Positions 49,558 through 56,772 of a stretch of 64,000 nt of DNA are shown piece by piece. The stretch is from Candidatus Latescibacterota bacterium (GTDB taxonomy: Bacteria > Latescibacterota > UBA2968). The translations under genes were made by a program, and so were the position numbers. Where the stretch lies: NCBI GenBank assembly GCA_965204375.1, contig OZ241986.1:5632001-5696000 (forward strand), read 5' to 3'. Numbering within the stretch: position 1 is the stretch's first letter; each line of letters starts with the position of its first letter. Below the pieces are notes generated by a model. That model was given only the letters and a program-made list of their open reading frames with translations, was not told where the DNA came from and searched no databases.

Positions 49558-51345
49558 TCATTTCTCATCTGTTGTTAAGTTTTCATCATCGTGCGTGACA
49601 TAGAGAAATGCGGTACACATTTCATCGGTCGATTTTTCGCCCCATCGCACCAGCCTGGGTGGATTGTTGGGGTTTCGGGGGTTGTCGGCAGAGTTGTCGT
49701 AAAAGGCTTCGAGCGTGATACGGGTGCCGCGCGGGAGTGCGATGGGTGTTTTGTACACGTAGGTTTCTTGCCAGTTAAAGTCCCAGGGTTTGACCCATAT
49801 TAAGGATTGTTGCGTGCCGCCGGGATAGGTTGCGGTTATTTTCATTTCCGTGCCGAGCAAGTGCATGTGAGGCAAGATGCCGAGCAGGTGCTGGTCGCGT
49901 GTGATGGTGATTGCGCCGGTTACTCTGTGTTGTTTGATGTTGGGTGGAATGAAGAGCAAACGGCTGTTGATGACTTCTTCGCGGAGTTGTTTTTGTACGG
50001 GTTTTTGGGCAAAGTAGATGCCCAGGCGGGAATGATCTTTTACGGCGCGGCCAATTTTGTGATAGTGGATCTGGAGGATGATGTCGCTGTTGGGCGGCAA
50101 ATCGCGGCCTATGCCATCTGGAAGAACAAAGGGGGTGTTGCCGGGTGCCCAGCCGCCCAGGGATTCGTAGATGGGTACGCCAATGCCGCCAAAGCAGGGG
50201 TATCCAGGCGAGGATGCGTTTTCCTGTTGCAGGCGCGCTTTGCCAGAGATGTCGATGTACACGCTGACGTGGTGGACGACTTCGCGCTCTCCGGGCAGGA
50301 CTTCAATAGCCGATACGTAGTTGCCCGTGTCCTGTTTTGTGGGCAAGACAAAGCAGCGGTATTCGTCGCGGCCCATGGCTTCGAGTGGATAGGGTGCTTC
50401 GGGTTCGAGGATCAGGTCGGGCGTGCCCAGGGTCCAGCTTTTGGAAAATGCGATGGGTTCGGGCTGGTCGGCGGGATTGCCCTGGGGCATGCCGCTGTTG
50501 ACCCATTGCGCGAAGGTGTGGATTTCGGCGTCTGTGAGTCTGCGGGAATTTTTGAAGTCGCCGTATTCGGGGCGCGCTTTCCAGGGTGGCATGATGCGGG
50601 CTTCGATGGAGTCGCGCATCTGATAGGCCCAGGCGAGTACTTCTGTGTAGTCAAAAAAGGGTACGCGACCGATGCCGCCGGGGCGATGACAGTTCTGACA
50701 GCGATTTTGGAGCAGGGGCAGGATGTCGCGATAAAATGTTGGGGTGGAGGTGTTCGCGACAGTTGTTTGCCGGGGAGTGCGTCTGATTTCACAGCCAAAA
50801 CTGGGGAGGCTGGTGTTGGCGATTTTGCGGTTGGCGAGTAGTGCATCAAGGGCGTCCCATAATCCGCGCGAGGTCGTATCTTCGGGGATGCCCCAGCCGT
50901 TGTCGATTTCGCCCTTGTAACGCAGGCGGCGCTGGGCGTCAAAGAGAAAGGCATGGGGGGTATGGGTCGCGCCGAGGTGGTCGGCGAGTTTGTTGTGAGG
51001 GTCGCGCAGGACAGTGAAGGGTACGGGGTTTTGAGCGTAGTGTTCTTTGATGTCTTTGTCGGTTTCGTTAAAATTGGCATTTACAGATATCAGGTGTACG
51101 CCTTTGGGGGCATACTGATCGTGTATTTTTGTTCGGTGTATGTCGTATTTGAGCGAGGCAGGGCAGACGACGGAACTGAAGATGATGACGAGTGCGCGGT
51201 CCTGGGATAAATCACTGAGGGTAACGGGCGAGCCGTTGAGGTCGGCAAGGGTAAAGTCATTGAGGGTGTCGCCGATTTGGAGGGGAGCGGCCCAGGGGCA
51301 AATCGGGAAGGCGAGAAAGAGTGCGATGACGAGAGGGCGTTTCAT
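49558..51345 (-). CDS. Redoxin + cytochrome c-like + copper type II ascorbate-dependent monooxygenase-like multidomain protein
   Basis: Signal peptide; CPAS..THTPHAF..YKGEID redoxin; CQNCH; VVHH, QIHYH, PHMHLLG, WDFNWQ and DEMC motifs. Confidence 0.8.
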   Translation of the reverse strand: MKRPLVIALFLAFPICPWAAPLQIGDTLNDFTLADLNGSPVTLSDLSQDRALVIIFSSVVCPASLKYDIHRTKIHDQYAPKGVHLISVNANFNETDKDIKEHYAQNPVPFTVLRDPHNKLADHLGATHTPHAFLFDAQRRLRYKGEIDNGWGIPEDTTSRGLWDALDALLANRKIANTSLPSFGCEIRRTPRQTTVANTSTPTFYRDILPLLQNRCQNCHRPGGIGRVPFFDYTEVLAWAYQMRDSIEARIMPPWKARPEYGDFKNSRRLTDAEIHTFAQWVNSGMPQGNPADQPEPIAFSKSWTLGTPDLILEPEAPYPLEAMGRDEYRCFVLPTKQDTGNYVSAIEVLPGEREVVHHVSVYIDISGKARLQQENASSPGYPCFGGIGVPIYESLGGWAPGNTPFVLPDGIGRDLPPNSDIILQIHYHKIGRAVKDHSRLGIYFAQKPVQKQLREEVINSRLLFIPPNIKQHRVTGAITITRDQHLLGILPHMHLLGTEMKITATYPGGTQQSLIWVKPWDFNWQETYVYKTPIALPRGTRITLEAFYDNSADNPRNPNNPPRLVRWGEKSTDEMCTAFLYVTHDDENLTTDEK

Positions 51346-51350
51346 TGTGA

Positions 51351-52040
51351 TCAAATGTTGCGTTTTCGCAGGTAGTCGATGAGAAAGATGAGTGTGACTA
51401 TTCCAAAAAATCCGGCGATTGATAGGGCGATGTAGTGGCTTTCGTTCGGGAGTCGCCAGTATTGTATTATAACAAATATAAGGGCGGGGACAAAGAAGAT
51501 GAGCGTGCCCAACAATGCATATATCGATTGTGTGGCGGGTTCTATTTGAGGCGTATCGCGAGTTGTGGGCTTTATGGTTGGAGGAGCCGTTTCGGGAGGT
51601 TTGACGCGGGCGAGCATTTCTATGACGTTTTTGCGATAGCTGTTGTCGGCAGCGGCATATACGCTCCAAAAGGCGGAGATTTCTTCGGCACCCGTGCGGG
51701 TAAATTTCTTTTCGAGTGCGCGTTTGCGCTCAAGAGAAAGTTCGGCGGGTGCTTTTTTTTCGTGTTTTCGAAGGTCGTCGAGAATGTGTGTGAGGCTGGC
51801 GTCGTACCCGTGAATCCAGGGATAGGTGGCGTGTTGGAGCAATTTTTCATCGGGGTTTGTGTCGCCAAATTCACGGAGATATGCGTCAATGAGTTTTTTC
51901 CGCTCGATTTTAGACCCTGCGCCGGGAAAGTGTTTTGCCCGCAATTTGCCGTCGCGTTGAAAGGGCAAATAGAGATGGTTGTGATCCGCTATTTCGAGGA
52001 TGCGTTTGAATGCGTTGATGAGCGTTTGGCGGTGGGACAT
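51351..52040 (-). CDS. Hypothetical protein with two C-terminal TM helices
   Basis: 229-aa ORF filling the operon gap; no family recognised. Confidence 0.65.
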   Translation of the reverse strand: MSHRQTLINAFKRILEIADHNHLYLPFQRDGKLRAKHFPGAGSKIERKKLIDAYLREFGDTNPDEKLLQHATYPWIHGYDASLTHILDDLRKHEKKAPAELSLERKRALEKKFTRTGAEEISAFWSVYAAADNSYRKNVIEMLARVKPPETAPPTIKPTTRDTPQIEPATQSIYALLGTLIFFVPALIFVIIQYWRLPNESHYIALSIAGFFGIVTLIFLIDYLRKRNI

Positions 52041-52068
52041 GGAAGATAGTGTAGGATAACCACAGGGA

Positions 52069-52098
52069 GTAGAGACAACCTCTTGAGGTTGTCCCTAC
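52069..52098. repeat. GTAG/CTAC-bounded REP-like palindrome
   Basis: GTAGAGACAACCTC-TT-GAGGTTGTCCCTAC. Confidence 0.65.
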
Positions 52099-52107
52099 AG
52101 GCGGATT

Positions 52108-53418
52108 TTATCCGTTGACTGCTTTTCCAAAGCTTGCGACAAATATGAGAAAGTCGGGAAAGTCAACAGTGCCGGATCCGTCGAGATCAAAGGTTGCATT
52201 GGCCGTGCCAAAGGCTTCTGAGAATAGGAGGAAGTCATAAAAGTCAACGGTGAGCGAACCATTGAAGTCGGTGCGTGGGTCAGCGGGGACGAAGATGGCC
52301 GAACCGGTGATGGTCAGGCTGATTGAGGTTTTTTCCGGGTCGTTTGAGATTATGTCGATGGTGCCGGTAATTGGACCTGGGGCTGGCGGATTGAAAGTCA
52401 CGGTGATGTCCTGAGATTGACCGGGTGGCACTGTTAATTGGGTTTCTGAAAGCGCAATGCCCGCGATGTCGGATTGGATGTCTGTGATGTTGAGTGGGCC
52501 TGTACCAGTATTTGTGATGGTAAATGTTGTTGTGACGCCTCTGCCCATTTCGATTTCGCCCAGGCTCAAGTTTTCCTGAATTAGTGATATGGTCGGGAGT
52601 TGAGACGCTTCGATGGTGAGGTTGACAAAAGGGAACTCCAGGGCGCCAACACTTTGTTCGCCGTGTTGCAGGGTGATTTTACCCGAAAATGTGCCGGCTT
52701 GTGTCGGCGTCAGGGTGATTTGTAAGGTTTTGCTTTCGCCGGGTGCTATGGTCAGTGTGGATGGCTCCATTGTGATGCCTTCGGGAGCTGTGTATCCGGT
52801 GATTTCGAGGGGACCGGCACCGGTGTTTTCGATTTTAATTTCGACGGTTTTGGATTGTCCCACTTCAAGGGTTCTGCCAAAGTAGATCTCCGATGGGAAG
52901 AGGGAAATAACAGGCGTTTTGTTGAGTAGTGCATCGACTTGCGCGTTGATCAGGTCATGAGTGCCGGTGGCGATTGCTGTGGTCCTGAGGCGCAAGATGC
53001 CTCCCTGGTCGATGACGAGGATATCTTCGTTGCGAGTGCCGAGGGTTCCGGAGACGCCCGAGGCATTTGTGAGTAGCGGTGTCGTAACACTGGATTGTGT
53101 CAGATAGGATGTTGCCTGTGTGCGGTTGCCGTCATATCTGTCGAGTGTGAGGATCTGTATGCCGGTTTTGTCTTTGTTGCGTTGGTGAATATTTTTTTCA
53201 AAGGCGGGACCCGCCCCTATGCAAGTCCCTCAGTTGTAGCCTACAAAAAAGAGGACGGAGACGGTATTTGTCGAATGGCTGACGCCGTAAAACCTGCCAT
53301 CGGTGGCTTGAAGTTGAAATTCGCCTACTTGTTCGCCTACTCTGGGCTGGGCAAAAGTTGTTGTGCATAAGCCCAAAAATAGGGCGATAGAGAAAATACG
53401 CATTTGCAGGTGTTTCAT
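52108..53418 (-). CDS. Secreted redoxin (UxxC) selenoprotein with two Ig-like domains and a paired EF-hand/dockerin-like C-terminus
   Basis: The 62-aa ORF (signal peptide, FQLQATDG..VLFFVGYN) ends in TGA 53232-53230; the frame stays open (U-G-T-C..ILVIDQGGILR) and joins ORF 52108-52995; 436 aa in total. Confidence 0.85.
53200..53218 (-). promoter_or_regulatory. Candidate bacterial SECIS element
   Basis: After UGA plus an 11-nt spacer: AGGGGCGG-GUC-CCGCCUUU, with G23/U24 in the loop as in E. coli fdhF. Confidence 0.72.
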
Positions 53419-53572
53419 GGTGTTCCTCCATAAGGTGAGAGAATTGACCGCTGATTGCTAATATACTAAATCGCGTGCAAAATGTCACGGGGTTTGCGCT
53501 TGATTTTGGGGTTTGGTTTATCTACATTGTCTTTACGTTTCGAGTGTTCTGCGGTTCCCATTTTTTTCTTCT

Positions 53573-54706
53573 ATGTCTCTATCTATAAATGACTTTGAAG
53601 CTGTGGTTCAGCGCGCCATCGCGCTCCGCGATGGCGGCGATCTGGAAGCGGCTGTTGCGGGTTTTGATGCAGCTGTTGCGATCCGCGATGGCGATCCCGT
53701 TGTGTTTGTTCAGCGCGGGATTACTTATGGGCAATTGGGGAGCTTTGATGCGGCGATTGCAGATTTTGACCGCGCAATCGCTCTGACACCAGATGATCCA
53801 TGGGTGTGGAGCAATCGCGCGATTGCCTGCGGGTTGATGGGGCAGTTTGATGCGGCGATAGATAGTTTCGGAAAGGCTGTTGCGCTCGATCCGGAAAATA
53901 CGCAGGCACTTGCCAGCCGGGGGGAGACCCTGCGCGAGATGGGGCGGTTTGAAGAGGCTCTGGGGGATCTCAATCGGGTTTTGGCGTTGGATGCGGATTA
54001 TTTTGGCGCGCTGATCAGTCGCGGGCATGTGTCGATGCAGTTGGGGCAGTTTAACGCGGCGGCGGTCGATTTTGACCGGGCGATTGCAGTTGGCAATGGG
54101 CATCCGGATGCGTTTGCCGGGCGGGCGGAGATCTATCGACAGGCTGGTGAGGCTGAGGCCGCGATGGAGATGTTTGGGGAGGCTTTGAAGGCGATGCCCG
54201 ATCATCTGGGTGCATTGATCGGACGGGGCGAGGTGCTGCGAGAGTTCGGTCAAGTGGAGGACGCGCTTTTGGATTTTGACCGCGCACTCGTTGTCGCACC
54301 TGACGACCCGGATTTGTTGGCCGCGCGGGGTGATATGTTGCGGCAATTGGGGCGAAGTGCCGAAGCAATACGCGATTTTACACGGGCGCTGGAGATTTTT
54401 CCCGATCATCTGTGGGCACTTATGGGGCGGGGCGTTGCGTTGCGGATGGAAAATGATCCCGAGGCGTCACTGGTCGATTTTGATCGGGCGGTGATGCTGG
54501 AGAACAGGGATGCGTGGATTTGGGCAAATCGCGGGGAGTCTCGACGGATGCTGGGGCAATTTGAGGCAGCGGTTTCGGACTTTACACGGGCGTTGGATAT
54601 CGATCCTGAAAATGGATGGGCACGAGAACTTCGCGCGGAGACGTTTCGTCAAATGGGACGATTTGCCGAGGCGGTTGAAGATATGAATCGGGCACGGGCG
54701 CAATGA
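53573..54706 (+). CDS. TPR repeat protein (about 10 regular 34-aa repeats)
   Basis: Repeated RG....LG..D.A..DFDRA.AL.P pattern; ATGA overlap with the YcaO gene. Confidence 0.9.
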   Translation: MSLSINDFEAVVQRAIALRDGGDLEAAVAGFDAAVAIRDGDPVVFVQRGITYGQLGSFDAAIADFDRAIALTPDDPWVWSNRAIACGLMGQFDAAIDSFGKAVALDPENTQALASRGETLREMGRFEEALGDLNRVLALDADYFGALISRGHVSMQLGQFNAAAVDFDRAIAVGNGHPDAFAGRAEIYRQAGEAEAAMEMFGEALKAMPDHLGALIGRGEVLREFGQVEDALLDFDRALVVAPDDPDLLAARGDMLRQLGRSAEAIRDFTRALEIFPDHLWALMGRGVALRMENDPEASLVDFDRAVMLENRDAWIWANRGESRRMLGQFEAAVSDFTRALDIDPENGWARELRAETFRQMGRFAEAVEDMNRARAQ

Positions 54707-55713
54707 GCGAGTCGCATCATATTGTTGTTGCTGATCGCACGGTTCCGTTTGAAGAGACTATTGAGCGGTTCGGGGAGGCACTGTCCAGGAAGTGTCGGTT
54801 TCAAACGCGCGCGCGGCGGTTTTACGATACGGTGTGGATCGCCGATTGTTATACGGATTACGTGCAGTCGGCGCTGTTTCGCAAATACGAAGGGCCTCTG
54901 ATGGAGGGTATCGCGCTTCGCACGATGGGCAAGGGGCTTTCCAAACAGCAAGTGCTGGCCGGGGCGATGGCAGAGGCGGTAGAGCGCATTTCGTTTTTTG
55001 ATGCGCTGGCGAGCGGGAGGGAGACTCCCATTTATGAGTTGACTACCGATGTAGAGCTTGTGCCGTCCAGTATGAAGGTGTCGGATGTGCCGCATTTGAA
55101 TGATTCGGCAAATGGGGTATCGGCGGGTAATACTGTGCTGGAGTGCGTGTTTCACGGTTTGCTGGAGATGCACGAGCACCTGGATGTGGGGAGGCATTTT
55201 TACTGGCCCGGGTTGGAACACCGGCAATTTATCGATCCGAATTTGACGGGTTTTTCCCCTCGCGTCACAGAGAAGATGCTGGCTGTGGCCGTGCCGGGGG
55301 AAAATGAGAAGGTGACGACGGTTCACGCGGTGGTGTGCCCCAAAGATTTGGGACCTCTGGTGCGTACATGCACGCATTTGGATGGGCGCATGGCATTGCA
55401 GCGGGCGTTTAATGAGACTGTTCAGAGTCACAAAACGCGGTTTGTATCTGATTTGCAGACTTTTGATGCCGAGATTGCACTGTGGGATTTGCCCAATCAT
55501 TTTACGGATGATTTGATAACTGATATTCAGGTGGTTTTGGGCGGTATGAAAAATTCGGTTTATGTGCAGGATTGGACAGATCCAGAGATGCAAATTCCAG
55601 TGTTGCGGCCATTTAGTTTAAAGACCTCAGAACACGAGCGGGACCACGCCATGATCGAGACGTATGTGCATCGCATTATGGTGGATTCGGGCAATTATAT
55701 TGTTTGGACGTGA
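54703..55713 (+). CDS. YcaO-like family protein
   Basis: DRTV..EET, GKG......AMAEAVER and SANGVSAGN......HGLLEMHEH ATP/Mg-binding-like motifs; DWT.PEMQIPVLR. Confidence 0.8.
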   Translation: MSESHHIVVADRTVPFEETIERFGEALSRKCRFQTRARRFYDTVWIADCYTDYVQSALFRKYEGPLMEGIALRTMGKGLSKQQVLAGAMAEAVERISFFDALASGRETPIYELTTDVELVPSSMKVSDVPHLNDSANGVSAGNTVLECVFHGLLEMHEHLDVGRHFYWPGLEHRQFIDPNLTGFSPRVTEKMLAVAVPGENEKVTTVHAVVCPKDLGPLVRTCTHLDGRMALQRAFNETVQSHKTRFVSDLQTFDAEIALWDLPNHFTDDLITDIQVVLGGMKNSVYVQDWTDPEMQIPVLRPFSLKTSEHERDHAMIETYVHRIMVDSGNYIVWT

Positions 55714-55716
55714 TGT

Positions 55717-55811
55717 GACGAATAGACGAATAGACGAATAGACGAATAGACGAATGGAGATACACACTGATTTTGGGAGGATGGGCGGGGTTCGTAGATT
55801 CGTAGATTCGC
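55717..55811 (+). repeat. Dispersed repeat element, copy 2: (gacgaata)x4 + core + gattcgta-type arm
   Basis: Four perfect octamers plus one variant; core shared with 33585-33708; the two arms are roughly complementary. Confidence 0.9.
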
Positions 55812-55831
55812 GACTGCCGCAGGAGGATTCA

Positions 55832-56677
55832 ATGATACCAAAAGCCATTTATCGATTCGGCGTTTTGGGTATTGCATTGACCATGGCTTGTAGCAAGGCG
55901 GCCGATCCTGAATATGTGATTGAAGAATCTGTTGTGACCACGCCTGCGGGTACTGAGCATGTGCAGGTTTTTGTTCCGGCCAGTACTTTTACGATGGGGG
56001 CGAGCGATGGTCCCACCAATGAACGTCCGCCGCACGAGGTGATGCTCGATGCATTTTATATCGATAAATACGAGGTGACCAACGCGCAGTATTTGGCTTA
56101 TGTCGAGGCCACGGGAAGTGAACATTCGCAGTTTTTTGGGATAGAGGGCTTTGACCAGCCCGATCAGCCGGTGGTGGGGGCTTTGTGGTCTCAGGCGCGG
56201 GATTATTGCCAGTGGGCGGGTTTGCAATTGCCGAGCGAGGCGCAATGGGAATTGGCCGCTGCGGGTACGGATGGGCGCATGTTTCCCTGGGGCAATGAGC
56301 CTGCGAGTGAATTGCTGTGCAATTTTAATTTCAGTTCGGGCCCCATGCCTGTGGGCAGCTATCCAGATGGTGCAAGTCCTTATGGCGCGATGGATATGGC
56401 GGGCAATGTGTGGGAGTGGACGCTGGATGAATATCAGCATACGTATTACGCAAATAGCCCCATGCACAATCCGGTGAATTTGCAAAATTCAGGTATGGAA
56501 GATGGGCCAGATCGCACGTTGCGCGGTGGGAGTTGGTTTTCACCACAACCCAGTATCCGCGTGTTTGTGCGGAGTACGGTTTTGATTATGGAAGAGCAAG
56601 CTCTGTCGCGCGACGATTTTGATACTTATGAAATATTTGCCCATATTGGGTTTCGGTGTGCGCGGGGAGAGCCTTAA
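55832..56677 (+). CDS. FGE-sulfatase (SUMF1-like) domain lipoprotein
   Basis: LTMAC lipobox; F.MG, YEVTNAQY, LPSEAQWE, DMAGNVWEW, RGGSW and GFRCA motifs; ATG after AGGAGG. Confidence 0.9.
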   Translation: MIPKAIYRFGVLGIALTMACSKAADPEYVIEESVVTTPAGTEHVQVFVPASTFTMGASDGPTNERPPHEVMLDAFYIDKYEVTNAQYLAYVEATGSEHSQFFGIEGFDQPDQPVVGALWSQARDYCQWAGLQLPSEAQWELAAAGTDGRMFPWGNEPASELLCNFNFSSGPMPVGSYPDGASPYGAMDMAGNVWEWTLDEYQHTYYANSPMHNPVNLQNSGMEDGPDRTLRGGSWFSPQPSIRVFVRSTVLIMEEQALSRDDFDTYEIFAHIGFRCARGEP

Positions 56678-56772
56678 TTGTATTAAAAAAGCCAAGTCAT
56701 CGCATTGGTGGCCGTTGCTCTTGTGGGGGTGACGGTTTACATTTTTTTATTGGCGCATCAACAGGACGTGTT

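Noticed and set aside
51346-51669. 108-codon N-terminal extension of the redoxin/monooxygenase ORF
   Set aside because: It overlaps the upstream gene in another frame; the signal peptide begins at MKRPLV (51345).
55717-55756. Octamer array as a CRISPR array
   Set aside because: The units are 8 nt and contiguous with no spacers, and there are no cas genes in the window.
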